In this document: positions 1 through 14,959 of the stretch, piece after piece
Layout: each line of letters begins with the position of its first letter
How positions within the stretch are numbered: the stretch's first letter is position 1
DNA from: Octopus vulgaris
Taxonomy: Eukaryota
Assembly: GCA_951406725.2 (NCBI GenBank)
Contig: OX597829.1
Location: 6,758,001-6,822,000 of the forward strand
DNA: 64,000 bases
Direction of reading: 5' to 3'
The notes under the pieces: model-generated
What the model was told of the DNA's origin: nothing
The model's database searches: none
The model's input: only the letters and a program-made list of their open reading frames with translations
Translations under genes and position numbers: made by a program

Positions 1-754
1 TTGCCCAAATGGAAAACATAGATACATCATGCCGCGACCTAATAGCCAGACGTAGAATTCTACTTTTCAGAAATCGCTCCGTGAAACAGATTCAAAACAA
101 ACTTAAACAAACAGAAATGGCATTTAAATTAATTAGTAGACATTTTGTAAAACTCCAACGCGTCTTCTCTTCAAATACTGGTCAACACCACCAACAACAA
201 CAACAACCATCACCGCAACAACAAAAACAGCCACGGCAACAACAGTAACCACCTCGGCAAAAAAAAAAACCAGCCACAACAACCATCATAGCAACAACAA
301 CGTCCACCTCAGCAAAAACAACAATCACCAAGGCAACAACAACAACATCTGCAGCAGGAACAACTAACCAGTCTCAAACCTTAACACTCCTTAATTCAAC
401 TACAATTGATGACCTACTTAATGAAACGGTCAGTTTCTCAGATTCCAGCAATTCACGCCCCATTCAACTAGAGTTTGTTACCTACCCATCAAAACCTTTA
501 GCAGCATCAACGATTACAGCAACAACATTAACAATTACAGCTACAACAACCACCTCAAAAGCAGCAACAGACACAGCTTCAACCTTCTACAATCCCAGTT
601 TGTGATCAACCGACTAAATGCTTACTTGAAGACCCATAAATGAATTTGCCAGACACAAATGTACACAAATTAAAATCTATGCCCCTCACTGCCAACACAC
701 GAAACCCCAAAATATGCCGCTATTCACTACGCAAGAGGTTGTGAACTGACACTA

Positions 755-1545
755 ATTGCAAATTCCCTCGGGCGACTCCCTAGTGCCATCCAACAATAAC
801 AGAGACTTTGGAGTGATTGTTGATAACAATCTAAATAGCAATATATAGCAAGGTTGACTTGGCCCGCGAAATGTGCTGCTGGATTCTGAGAACTTACCGG
901 TCTAGAGATGTCTACACCGCCATCCTTCTCTACTCCACCTTTGCTCGATACCACTATGAATACTGTTGCCCAGTGTGCCTTCCCCCACCCATACGAAGTA
1001 ACTCATTATGAAAATGGAAGCACTCCAGAGGTCAATCACAAGAAAGATAGATGGCATGGGAGGCATTGACTATCGGGGTTGACTAAAAGAACTCAGTCTC
1101 TACTCTCTCCAACGCCGTCGGGAGCGCTACATCCTTTGTATGATGGGGAAAATATTCCACCAATATTGCACAAATAATGTTGGCACCGACTTTAAAATCC
1201 ATCCAAGACTTGGTCCAGTGCTATCCGTCCATTACAGAAATCGAACTCGGTACACATAACAATATTACGTCACAATAAGTTTAACTCAACCGGTCTAGCT
1301 CTCTTTAGTACCAAAATACATCAAAACGGAAACGGATCCCATAAAATTTAAATGTTCACTGGACAAATTTCTTCAAAGAATCCCGGACCAACTTCCTACA
1401 CCCCGTTATGTCTCCAACAGTAATAATTTCTTGCTAGAGTTGGCTATGGTGCCCCATATATGAGTAAAAGACTTCACCAGATGGTACTATTCAGTTAGAC
1501 ATAACCTGGGCCTATACTAGCCGCAACCTATCAAAGTTATCAATG
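755..1545 (+). mobile_element. Decayed CR1/L2-group LINE, 3' part of ORF2 plus tail
   Basis: Manual translation across frameshifts gives RDFGVIVDNNL, CWILRTYRSRD, LLYSTFARYHYEYCCPV and LKELSLYSLQRRRERY. These are post-RT motifs of CR1/L2-type ORF2 and resemble 22211-22777. The Q/T-rich 1-700 may belong to the same element (unproven). Confidence 0.8.
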
Positions 1546-1760
1546 ACCAACCCGAAGTATGACAATATATGTTACAACACATGATTTCACATCAGGAATA
1601 TTGCAAAATGAATTGTGAAACGTTAGATAAATATAAACGCACACACACACACACATACACACACGCATACACACACGCACGCACACACACACACACACGC
1701 ACACACAGACATATATATATACGCATGTATATGTATATGTATATATATATATATATTATA

Positions 1761-1800
<40 letters not shown>

Positions 1801-1899
1801 GTTATATGTATATACAGAGGATAGAGAGGAAGAGATGCATTCGAGGATTTTTTAGACTTTTTTTATTGTGAAGCATTTATTAAATTCAATGATGTATAA

Positions 1900-2125
1900 A
1901 AGTCAAACTTCTTACAAAGTAAGATTGATTGATATCAATGCACTTATTGTGGTACTCCAGCTACTTTGTAAAGGTCTCGTAGATGTCATCCAACACAAAG
2001 GTGTCCAGGAGCCTTGCCAAAGACTGCATCTTCTCAGAGTTTTCAAAGCGACTGCCCTTGAGGTTCTCTTCTGAACTGTTGAGAAGGTGAAGATAGGAAG
2101 TTTTGATGACCATATGTGCCAAGCT
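1900..2125 (-). mobile_element. Mariner transposase C-terminal remnant
   Basis: Minus strand reads YLHLLNSSEENLKGSRFENSEKMQ...LDTFVLDDIYETFTK*LEYHNKCIDINQSYF, resembling the mariner C-terminus (HLF..LKG.RF...KCI...G.YF). Confidence 0.55.
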
Positions 2126-2557
2126 GGATTGAATCTTGACAGACGTTTTCTTAGTAGGATGTATTACAGTCGTGTCCGTCAACTGGAATAAAAATTTGGT
2201 AGATTAGTTTAGTAGATGTATACTAACGATATAATAAATTAACATAGTTTAATCTATCCTTCCTGAAATATTGTCAAATATCTTAAATCTTAAAGCGGGA
2301 GAAGGGAGAGACAGACAGAGACGTTGGAGTTTTCAGAGCGGGGGGGGGAGAGAAAATTGGTATGGATGGTCTTGTGGGCAATGACATAGGGAGATATCAG
2401 CACCTGCGTCAGAGTTCAGTTTTTTCCAGGGCTGATGTTAAAATCTCTTGCTAAAAGAATTGGTTACAGGAGGTATTAAGTATTTTGTACGCAATTTTCT
2501 ACACACACACACAAATACATGTATATATGTATCTATATATGAATTTTTTTTTTTTTG

Positions 2558-2737
2558 GAAGCACTCCGTCGGTTACGACGACGAGGGTTTCGGTTGATCC
2601 GAATCAACGGAACAGCCTGCTCGTGAAATTAACGTGTAAATGGCTGAGCACTCCACAGACACGTGTACCCTTAACGTGGTTCTCGGGGATATTCAGCATG
2701 ACACAGAGAGTGACAAGGCCGGCCCTTTGAAATACAG

Positions 2738-2742
<5 letters not shown>
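2558..2742 (-). mobile_element. SINE family B, 3' half
   Basis: Reverse complement of the 3' half of the full copy at 40568-40950. Confidence 0.85.
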
Positions 2743-2796
<54 letters not shown>

Positions 2797-2798
<2 letters not shown>

Positions 2799-3316
2799 CA
2801 AAACAAAAAATGGAAAAAGGACGGAGCAGGCGACAACAAAACATTCGGACAGTTAGACGATACAAAAAAGAACAGGAACAAAACAAGGACGGGTCACGCG
2901 GAGCTTTCAATCATCAGTCGAGAAGCAAACTGTCTTTGCAGTTTCGAGCGGTTAATTTTGAGACTGCTCTAATCTGACCGGCCCCAAGAAAATCTATGCT
3001 AATAACACTAGATTCTATGGAAGAAAGCAAGCGAATGTATGCGAAAACAAGGACCCCAAAAAATAAAAGGAAAAATGGTACAGTATTACAAATACAAACA
3101 AGACATTATCAACAGGTGTCTTTCGACTAAGGGCGAATCAAATTAAACTGACGTGTGTAGAAGTGAATCTTTACGGCAGGGACATGAGATGAAAGCCATG
3201 GGAAGAAATATAAGAGATGCAACACGGATGGTAGTCGAATCAAGAGAGAAAGTTCAGGCTTGGCCGAGCACCGGTCAAGTGGAAGCAGAGCGGGGAGGTA
3301 GTCGGTAGAGGGATTC
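2797..3316. mobile_element. Non-coding interspersed repeat 'family E' between (TA)n tracts, probably PLE-related and non-autonomous
   Basis: Homologous by eye to 38565-38987, 38990-39305 (inverted) and 39663-39780, e.g. tcaggcttggccgagcaccggtca and gacagttagacgatacaaaaaag. Confidence 0.7.
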
Positions 3317-3323
3317 ATGTACG

Positions 3324-3380
<57 letters not shown>

Positions 3381-3384
3381 TTAC

Positions 3385-3800
3385 GTTTATATATTTGTTT
3401 TGTAAGATTTTTAATGTGAAATCGTGTGTTGAAACAGATATTGTTGTATTTAGGAATGGTCATTTTGCCAGTTTAGCCAATAAAAACACACGCACTATAT
3501 ATTTGGTGTTACTTTGCTTCAGCGTTATTTATTTTTTACATTAATGTTAATCTTATTTCGGCCGGAGTTCTTTCGTCACACTCCTGTGACCGCATCAGTG
3601 GTCCTTTGCTTTCTCCTTTCTTATTTGTGTGTCTCTCCTTACTATCCGTCAGCCATTTTGTATTTCTATTGTATATGTCTTCATTTGCGCATGCGTATAT
3701 CTCTATGTGCGTCTATGTTTAGTTAGTGTGTGTGTAGGGGGGAATGCCTGTAATATTTGTATCTCCTGTTGATATACGTTCGTGTAATTTGTTTTTATTT
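3385..3800 (-). mobile_element. Probable PLE terminal-repeat fragment with a variant hammerhead motif
   Basis: Lies between (TA)n and (TAT)n. Minus strand 3604-3561 reads GGACCA CTGATGC G GTCAC aggagt GTGAC GAAA GAAC TC CGGCC. Confidence 0.45.
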
Positions 3801-3837
3801 TTGTTTATTCTTATTTTGTTCATGTGTTTACACCCAC

Positions 3838-4212
<375 letters not shown>

Positions 4213-4283
4213 TTATGTATGCATGTATGTATAAAAATAACAATAGTAATAAGAATAAAAATATAAAGTAAAAATAAATGAAT

Positions 4284-4684
4284 AGGCGCAGGAGTGGCAG
4301 TGTGGTAAATAGCTTGTTTACCAATCACATGGTTCCGGGTTCAGTCCCACTGCGTGGTACCTTGGGAAAGTGTCTTCTACTATAACCTCGGGCCGACCAA
4401 AGCCTTGTGAGTGGATTTGGTAGACGGAAACTGAAAGAAGCCTGTCGTATATATGTATATATATGTATGTGCATGTGTGTATTTGTGTGTCTGTGTTTGT
4501 CCCCCTAGCATTGCTTGACAACCGATGCTGGTGTGTTTATGTCCCCGTTACTTAGCGGTTCGGCAAAAGAGACCGACAAAATAAGTACTGGGCTTACAAA
4601 AAGAATAAGTCGAGTTGCTCGATTAAAGGCGGTGTTTCAGCATGACCGCAGTCAAATGACTGAAACAAGTAAAAGAGTAAAAGA
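4284..4684 (+). mobile_element. SINE family A, full length (tRNA-like head, internal TA/TG microsatellite, LINE-like tail)
   Basis: Head with A/B-box-like motifs (tggcagtgtggt ... ggttcagtccc); tail ggcggtg...cagtcaaatgactgaaacaagtaaaaga; about eight related copies in the window. Confidence 0.9.
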
Positions 4685-4769
4685 TTAAATAAATAAATAA
4701 TTTTTTTTAATATTAACAATATAAAAAAATTTTATAAAGTCGTTCACAAAAATACGTTGCAATTTAAAA

Positions 4770-5376
4770 ATGTACAAGGACAACAACACGGGTGACAACA
4801 ACAACAGTAACAACACAGACGACAACAACAACACGAACAACTATAACCGCAGCAACAACACAAACAATAATGAACGCAGCAACAAAAACAACACGAACAG
4901 CTTCAACCCCAGCAACAACAACAACAACAGCAGCAAAAATGAATGCATGAACACAAACAACATATACAAATACAAAAACATAAACAGAGAAAAAATCGTA
5001 TACAACAGCAGCAACAACAACACCCATAACAACAACAATTATAGGGGGAACGGACACACAAACACACACACAGATAACCATAGTCACAAGGACACGAATA
5101 AAAGTTGTGTCATGGGGGTCACGATGGAGAATAAAGTTGAATGCAACATAATCCTTGGACAGGGAGTCAGTAGACTTGAAACAGATAACAATACTCATAG
5201 GAACAAAAATAACTACCACAAGAGAGGGAATGACAGGGACCAACAGACAGACATAAAACCCAACACTAATATGAACAACACATACACCAGAAACAGGAAC
5301 AATGAGAATATCACTAGCGATAATCAGAATGATAGCAATAATGGCAATGGTAGGAATAACAGTAATAACAATAATG

Positions 5377-5438
<62 letters not shown>

Positions 5439-5640
5439 GGTAACAGTAGAAGTAGTAATGATGGTAGTAGTAATAGTTGTAGTGGTGATAGTAATAATAG
5501 TAGTAGTGATGGTAATGATAGTGGTAATGATGGCAATAGTGGTGATAATAACAGTGGGGTTGATGATGGGAACAGTAACGACAGAAATATAGTAGCAACG
5601 GTAATGAAGAAGATAACCCTAGAAGGGCCATTAACATGTA
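4770..5640 (+). repeat. Low-complexity (AAC/AGT/GGT) region forming an N/S/G-rich open frame just upstream of the PLE RT
   Basis: ORF 4770..5696 is dominated by trinucleotide repeats. Confidence 0.6.
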
Positions 5641-6625
5641 TACCCACTCCTTTGACATTCAATTCTTCAACATATGTGACAAATCTTACTGCATGAGCCG
5701 GATTTACCCGACAACATTACCCTTCAACAAAAGGGTCAACATCCCAAGACATACTAATGACCATATGGAAGCACAGTTCACTATAGCTAGGACCAGACTT
5801 AGACAGGTTTTAGAACTATACACTAAGAGACAGAGACAGAATAAGACAGAGGCCCAACAACTCGGGGTTAAACCTGCATGTAGCCTACATAAACTCATTC
5901 AGCGCACAAGGAATGGAGAGGTGGTATGCCTTCCCACAGATAAGTCCGGCAGGATGTCAATAGACAGCTTACCGAACTACATCCAGGCAATGCAACCTCA
6001 TATCGCCAATACAAAAGTAACAATTTACAGGCGCATGAGGAGAGAGAAAAGGTCCTCAACGCCCACATGATGATGTGGACAATTGTTCTGGGACCCCAGA
6101 AACGCACAGTTAACAATTTCCAAGCCTGGAACAACGATATCCCGGCACTGTATGGACTTTGCAAGGACCATAAAGTAACCACTCCACTGACCCTGTAGCA
6201 GGACCACCAACAAGACCAGTCTGTGGAGCGAATATCGGTAGCAATTACAGAATCTCCTATTTCCTTTCAATGATCATACGCCGTATAATCCGGATGTCAC
6301 CTGATGTTTGTGACAGCACGGAAGATCTCCTCAGCAGGATCAACGACTGTAACAACACTTGCGACCTGACAGAATGTATGGTTGGTAGCATGGATGTGGT
6401 ATCCCTATACCCATCGATCGACGTGGATTTTGCGGTGGAAAAGTGCGTGGAGATGATCAACGAGAAGAAGGTGGAGTTCCGCAGTGTCAACACAGAGGAA
6501 CTGGTCCTCCTACTTAGACTGATATATGACAACGAATACCTACATAAACATGATCTTAGTAGTTTCTGCCCTAGTAGACGTTTAAGAGGTAGACCACCCA
6601 TAATTACTTCTATGGCTAGTCAACA
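5640..6625 (+). pseudogene. Penelope-like element reverse transcriptase, N-terminal half, frameshifted and 3'-truncated
   Basis: Motifs VVCLPTDKSGRMSI, PALYGLCKDHK, PPTRPVCGAN and MVGSMDVVSLYPSID match the PLE RT DKG, LYGLPKxHK, PxRP and SxDVxSLYxxI motifs. Split over ORFs 5636..6070 and 6270..6647. Confidence 0.9.
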
Positions 6626-6924
6626 ACGAACTTATAATGTTATGTGAAACAGCTGTAAGTCAAATTTTCTACATTAAAGAAATATGTAATGACCATTATT
6701 CATGCCGTGTCTTGTATATCACTCTTTGAAAAAAATCATTTTAACCGCAACACAACTATGGATTTACATTATAGAATGATGATGAACAATTACTGCGGAT
6801 CTTGCTACGAAAATGCACTGAGTTCTTTACTAATGTAAACAGTATTGCTAGCCTGGTATACAGAAAGCTTGGAAAATATTTTGCTCGGATTGATAATTCC
6901 TCACTAACACACACACACATACAG

Positions 6925-6982
<58 letters not shown>

Positions 6983-7822
6983 TGGTGTGAGAACACATTC
7001 AAGCGCAAATATACCTGCTTTTCCACGTATAGTATTCAAATGCAGTTGTGTTGAAGCAGATGTATAGTGACCGAGTTACAACCTAGAAAGTGGATGACTT
7101 TGTAGAAATATCATCTAAATCCAGAGACATTTTGTATCAGATTTAAAATAATATTTCCCCACAAAAGTTTCGTCTCCACCACAACATTTCCCATTTTCAG
7201 CTACAGCTCACTTTTTACATGACCATATTCGGTCCTAGGTCGTCTATGCTTGTCAATAATCTGGATTTTGAGTAATATTCACATCTTACTCAGACATGGT
7301 ATATCTCAGACTTCATTATGCAATATGACTTGGCATATTAATATTAGCGGTTATGTTGTCATTCTCACGAGTTACGACAAGTTGTTGAGGAAATTCATAA
7401 CAATAAAAGAACATTGGTTCGTATCTATTCAGTCATACGAAAACTGAGAATAAGTTATATAGAATAAGTGTTATGACAAACACAAGTCTTTGATATGTTA
7501 CTGTATCGTTAAAATATCAGAAATTTATTGAAACCTCCGAACTGCTCTCTATAATTTTCTAAACAATGCCAAGCTAAGATTAAATATATTTAGTAGATTT
7601 GCATCACTTAACTAACTCCAGATTTATTCATCTAAATGAGCGAAAGATTGAAATCTGATAGCATAATTAGAATCGATATATTAAAGAATTAACTTGCTAA
7701 TACTTTAGGTCATTTTTAGAAAAATTCAAATAAAAAAAAAAGAAAAAAGCTTAAATTTTATTGTCAATTTATTGGTATTTTCGTGCAGGAAAATTGCTTA
7801 TATCTGTCTATCTATCTATCTA

Positions 7823-7918
<96 letters not shown>

Positions 7919-8639
7919 TCTCTCTATATATATATAGATAGATAGATAGATAGACAGATGAGGTAAATACCACTGTTTTACGCTTGAAGCACGTCTACTT
8001 ATTCTGTTAATACAGTCCAATATGTTATCACAGTGCTGCTGTTTATCAGTCTAAATACAAATCAAAATTGAGAATTATGGAAATATCAATCGAGGAGTTA
8101 TTCGATAACAAAACAGGAAAATGTTGGCATTATTTATTCTCCATTTCACATGTTTCATTTGCTTGTATTAGATTTTTTATATAACTTGTATTTTCAGTTG
8201 TCCTAGTCGTTAGACGGCAGCCATACTGCTTGGAAGAATTTTTAGTCGAAAATTGATCTCAGTACTTGATTCATCTTTTGCGAGAACGTAAACAAAACAA
8301 CACAGTTTGTTTTGAATAATCTTTACGTGAGCACAAATTCGTTTTATCCCCCAAAATCTAGGAGTTTTAATTTCAGTTTAATGTACAATTTGAATGATCG
8401 GAGTGGCGGTGAAGATGATAGGGTTTGCAAAATAACTCTGCCACTTTTCGACATTCTGGAAATCTAACTGTTATGTTCAAAATTTTGGCATTCGTTTTTG
8501 AAAAACTCGACGAAAATTTTTAGTCAAAGCAATACATTAACTCGCAAAAGAAACATAATTTTTTCAAATGTCCTTATTATATGGTGAATTCTGAAACTTT
8601 ATTTCGGGGATGTAAGGGTAAATATTCTAAGACATGCTG

Positions 8640-9480
8640 GTTTATGGTTGAGACTCTAGTATGCTTTACTTTTCAATTTGCATAATCACTTCTCTACTAG
8701 GCAATTCTATCCCTGCCAGGAATTGTTCTTTACCTCGTTTCAGTTCCATTACATCACACTTTTTGTGTCCGAATTCCATCTTAATATCAATACTAAAACA
8801 GTGGACCGTGTTCACCAAGGAATTCGCTTGCACCTCATTCTTACCATTTAGCTTCAAATCATCAATGAAAATGAGGTGGTTAATTCTTTGAAATTTTCTC
8901 TTTAGCTGATATCTCAGGTACATTTTGTTCAACACCAAGGTTAGAGGAATCATACAGTAAACTAAAAGCAATTGAGATAAGCTATCTCCTTGGAAAATTC
9001 CCTTCCTGATTCCCAGGATACTCAAGCTTTGTCCGTTCGATGTCAACTCAGTTTTCCAACCCACCATTCTTTCCTTCAGAAAACATATTGCAATTCCAAA
9101 CAAATCTAAGCACTCTATGAATCACGGATTTGGAATCATATCGTAAGCTTTGCGGTAGTCAATCCAGGCCTTTCCCAAATTTGTTGTCCTTCGCTTACAA
9201 TCTTGCATTACCACATTATCTATTAAAAACTGGTCTTCAGTACCTCTGCATTTCCTCCTATAAAATTTTTGTTCCAACGATAAGATGTCCTTAACATCAA
9301 GAAATTTCTACATTTTTTCTAAAGTCCTTCCTGATTGTAATTTCCATATTAATGGAAAAGAAGAAGTTGGCCTATAATTTTCGGTTGTGTTTCTTTTCGA
9401 TATATCTTTCAGGCACAACACTGTTCTTTTGGTCAACCCACTCCGGATTTCTTCACCATCGATCTGCATAATCGAATATA
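8640..9480 (-). pseudogene. R4/Dong-clade non-LTR retrotransposon RT fragment
   Basis: ENYRPTSSFPLIWKL, WIDYRKAYDMIP, GIFQGDSLSQLL, INHLIFIDDLKL, FSIDIKMEFGHKKC; interrupted by stops and frameshifts. Confidence 0.88.
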
Positions 9481-9683
9481 TCAGACCATTTATAAAATTG
9501 TAGGGCATGAGTTGAGAGAGATTTGGTTGTTATGTCTAGCAAGAAGAGATGATAAATAAGTCAGCACTGTTATTATTCATATCAGTGGACAGTGGAGATG
9601 GTGTGTGTAGTGATGTATCCTTGTTTACCGCTAGTTAGAGATATGGAAGACGTTAGTGATACAAATCATTATGATGTTGATGC

Positions 9684-9905
9684 GGAGGAGGAGGAGGAGG
9701 AGGAGGAGGAGGAGGAGGAAGAAGAAGAAGAAGAAGAGAAGGAAGATGTGAACGAGGAGGGTGATACTGATTTTGATGATGGTTATAATAATCATGCTGA
9801 TGATTGAGACGATAGTTTATATGACAACTACGATAATGGAGACTGTTGATGATGATGATGATGATGATGATGACAACGATAACATCAAGAAAAACAACAA
9901 CAACA
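9684..9905. repeat. (GAG)n/(GAA)n/(GAT)n/(AAC)n trinucleotide cluster
   Basis: Directly visible. Confidence 0.9.
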
Positions 9906-11362
9906 AGAATAACAGTGGCTGTTAATAATTGTGACAACGTCAGTGACGTGATGAAGTGGTTCGTTGTGCATACAATGTGAAATCAAAACATTTAACTGTT
10001 GCAGCTGGAAATTCTGTCGGTTGTCAGTGTCAGAAATTTCAATTTCCAAAAACAAACTGAATTACCAATATCATTCAATTCACTTGATTATATATATATT
10101 TTCCTTTGTGATTCTAAGGAACTGCTACTCTCTCTCCCCCCTCTCTCTCTCTCTCTCTCATTCTCCTTCCTCTAATTCTTTCCCTCTATCTATTTTCTCC
10201 TTCTAACTCTCTTTATCTATCTCATATGCAGAGACATACAAATTTATTATAATACATATATATGTGCGCACACACACATGTTTATATATGCTTGTGCTTG
10301 AGTGCGTGTGTAGTCTTTGTGTGTGTGTAGTTTTTTTTTATAATTAATTTAGTGAACCATAGATGACAATAGAGTTGAATCTGTTCAAACTTGAATTTCT
10401 GCGGGAAGGCTTCACTGCACGCAAGTGGCAGCATGTACTCTTACTGAGGTACTGTTGGAAGTATATGAAGACTTAGCACTGACTCTAACTATAAACTACA
10501 AATATCAGATTTTAATTGGGCGATGAATGTACTGGATACGAAATTATCTCAATATTGAGGTATTAAAAATTTTTTGTTAATATGTTATTTTTTGTTTCGG
10601 CTCAACTCGATCGGGCAAGTCCATATTTAAAACTTCCAACCAGGAACGTCCTGTCTTATCTTGAACACAATTTGTTAACACCCACTTACTTTTCTGACAT
10701 GATGGGGTTAAACTTTTTCAGCAGATTTAACTGTTACACTGAAGCTCTCCCTTGAAAGGAAATAGTTAAGTTGGTGTTGTGGCATTGACACTTTCATTAA
10801 ATGATTTAATTACGTAAGGAATGTATCTTACAATGTTATACATGTTGATTTTTATCGCATGCCGATAGATGCGAACATGAAAATGTTCTTCGCTGCGGTA
10901 TATCAACTTCTTCTTCCAGACGAAAGTGAGTTTGTAACATATTTGATTTATCTGTGTAGGGTGAGATTTGAAATACCCAGTGTTTCTTCCTTGTTCTGTT
11001 TCCTCAGCTAAAACTACCTCGGACGAATGAAAGAAGATTTTTTTAATGTTTTATCGCTCCTGTTCATGCATTTACCAAGCAATTTATTTGCTGATGTGAA
11101 CTAGAAACTGCCAACCGTTAATAAATCGTTCTATGCATAGTGAACAACAAGAATCAGAACAATAACATTCATATTCATTCTTGATAAATTTTGGTTTCTA
11201 ACATTAATATATTAATCAGAGTCATATTTCGGTGTTCGAGAACAATGAGTAGAGTGTCTGAAAGAAGATTGATATTTAAGATATGATGTTTTTTACGAAG
11301 CAGAATTTGCAGTGAAAGACTTTTGCATCTAGTATGCAGTAGCCTGTTTAAAATAAGTATAT

Positions 11363-11425
11363 ACAGTGATCTCTCGCTACTTCGCGGTTCAACTATCGCG
11401 GATTCACGACTTCGCGGATTTTATA
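11363..11425 (+). mobile_element. Single end of a pogo/Tigger-like DNA transposon or MITE
   Basis: TA followed by CAGTGATCTCTCGCTACTTCGCGG, with three subterminal TCGCGG-containing repeats. No partner end found. Confidence 0.55.
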
Positions 11426-12964
11426 TTTTCACTTAACAAATCCTCGCAAAAATATTTATAAAATATTATGCATTTTCTTTTCTTTTCTTTTTTTTTTTTG
11501 AAAAGTACGTAAAAAAATCACATGAGATCAACATATAACTCAGTTTTCAGTCTTTTGTATGTAATTTATGCCTGCGTCACACCCTGTTTAAAATAGATAA
11601 ACGTGGCTTCTATCTTCAAAGCCTAATTATAATTACCATACAGTTTTTATGACTTCTAACAGAATCCAGTTTAGCGTCGCTACAATTCTTCAGTACTGAG
11701 CTTACATTAGCGTGGAGCAAACAAAATTAATTGAAGCACAAACATGTGTTGTGACCACTTTCAAAATGGATAAAAGGACTTGAAATCAGCGTAGTAAGCC
11801 ATAATTTCGATCATACATTGTTCTTGCAATGATGACGTCGCATCGAGCCGTTTGTGGTACCATTGGAGACTTTTTACTTTGAGTCACTTGAATTATAATT
11901 GCAGGTATCCTAAAGGGTAGGCATTGGGATACTCTAGATAGACTATCGTAAGGTCTTTGGGTCGATTCCCAAAGCAAGCAAAATAATTCTCTTGGAAAAG
12001 ACATTTCGTTTTATGCTGAAGTTTACTCAGCTGAAAATTTATTGCGCTCTTGCAGGATTAAGTGTTGAGATTTTAACACTCGCAGTTTTAAGTCTTGAGA
12101 TTATAAACGGGAATGACCATTAGACCTCCACAAGTTAAACCAACAGGTTGGAATCTTGAACAAAATTCATTGGATTCAGCTTTGTGAAATATAATGAAAT
12201 AACCATCATTTATACTTGTCCGTGCGCGTTTCACGAGGTTAGATTTGTCCCGCATCAACGTTTTATCCCTTGATAATCAAAATAAAAAGTGTGACAATAG
12301 TGGGAGCATATTCGATTAAATTGTAGGAACATTATTTTTTTTAATAAACTTGCCTGCATTATGATGTAATTGATCGTTTTTCAAGAAACTTAAAACACGT
12401 GAGTTTTTAAACTCACATCTACAAGCTGATAAAACACTCAGTAATATTATAAAGCTACGCACAACCATAAGCAGGGTGCGTCATTATGATAATATATAAC
12501 TGATCTCATTCTATCAGTATGTTTTCTGGAATTCTATTTACTCAGCATTCCATGTCTGTCTTAAATATCAATTACAAATATCAAGTTTGTATTCATTAAA
12601 CTGCTTCGTTTATTTGATTTTTATGAAATTTTGGTATCATTTTCCTGAGTACATGAATTATATTCTAAATATCACGATGCTTTTCAGAAAATTATATTAC
12701 TTAGAAGAGCGTGGTCGCATGAAGATAATAATATATAATCATAGTTTCAGTAAATTACCTTAGTACCTCTATCCAATGTGTGTGGTTGGGTGTGAAAGTG
12801 TATGTGAGAACGTATTACTGTTTTCTGCACAATTTTCTTATACAGAATTATTTCACACATCTGTGATGTAGGATCAATTTCATAAACACGAAGTTGCGAA
12901 GAGAACTCTTAACCATTTGATTCATATACTTCTATATTTCTGTCAGAAAATGTGAACATTGTTT

Positions 12965-13380
<416 letters not shown>

Positions 13381-14923
13381 TTATGTGCTGCGTATATTCC
13401 ACTGATGACGCATGTGAATAGACACAGATTTTAAGCCTATAAACGTATACAGATGTTTCATCATAACTCTCAACTATTTCTTGCCCAATTTATATCTTTA
13501 TATCTCAATTAGTAGTTTTATGGTAGGTGATTGTTTGCATTTGATGTATTTTCAAAATAATTGTGATCTTGGTTACAATTACCGGCAACGAGTTTTCAGT
13601 TGTTTGATCACGTGCTATAGTAAGATCATAAAACTAACATTCATGAGGTATGGTACTCAGCGGACACATATAATTCTAATGTTCTTTTTGGGGGCGGGGA
13701 TGGGTGCAGAATATCTGTGTAAAACACCGTGAAAAGACTGGCCCTTTGAATTAAAAATAAAATGCAATCGACTGTTTTGATACTGATTTTGTCTAAGATT
13801 TTCACTCACAAGGTTCTGAGAGACTAGAAAAATGACACTTAACACAATCCCATGTAATGAGAAGGAACACGGACCCTATAATGCCCTTAATCATTCGGCC
13901 ATAACGCATCTTCATATGCATACAAACATGTATATATCTATACATGCTCCTACACTAGGATCCCTAGATCGTATTTATATATAGATAAATATGTGTGTAT
14001 ATATGTATATAATAGTCAGAAGGCCATTCACTGCCTTTTGTTTTAGAGAAAATCTGTCGCTGTAGACGAAAATGTGTAGATATATCAGATCGATGGATGC
14101 ATGCATTTCGGAATGGTTATCTTCTCTTCAGCAATTTCACCTTGGATATGCACACACACACACAAAGAAATACATACACACACCTGTGTGTATGTCTATG
14201 TGTGTGTATTGTGCTTTTTCGCTTGTGAGTGCGTAGATTACGCATGCTCTAATATACCTACACATGCGAATATGTATATGTGAGTATTTATTTATTTATC
14301 GGTTTCGTTAATTAAAAACACAAGAAAATTATACGTTATTCTCCGCCTGTCATGCAGGCTTTCAAATATAAGATTTAATCACTAGAGTAAATTCCAATTC
14401 TACGGCTATAATACCACACAAGCTATATATATATTATTCGTTATTCAAACTTCCTTCAATGCATAAATCTCATCTAACGACATCATATCCTACTTTCTTC
14501 TACTTTCGTCAATATATCCATGGGAAACCTGTATTCGCATCAGATTTTGCGCAATGTCTCCAGTTCCTATCATTTTCTGTCCTTAATTTTATTCCCTTAA
14601 ATTTTTTCCGTCATTTCTCTCTCTCCCTTCTCTCTCTTTCTTTCTCTCTTTTTTTCTCTCCCATCTTTCTCTCTCTCACTTAACTTTTCAATCACTTTCG
14701 GAATTACAACAATTGGTGGCTTGGAGTTTTAACTGCTCTTTCTAGTGAGCCAGATATCTTATTCTTCGGGTATCTCTTTTGTGTTTGAACTTACACTGTA
14801 TTCTTCTTTGAATAATATATATTCTATTGACTAACTTTTTCTTTCTCAGTAGACCACTGGTAACTAAGAATTTTTCGATGAATATTCTTGCTACCCTAAG
14901 ATTTTAATATATATATATATATT

Positions 14924-14959
<36 letters not shown>

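Noticed and set aside
9592-9807. Acidic poly-E ORF
   Set aside because: Translation of (GAG)n/(GAA)n repeats.
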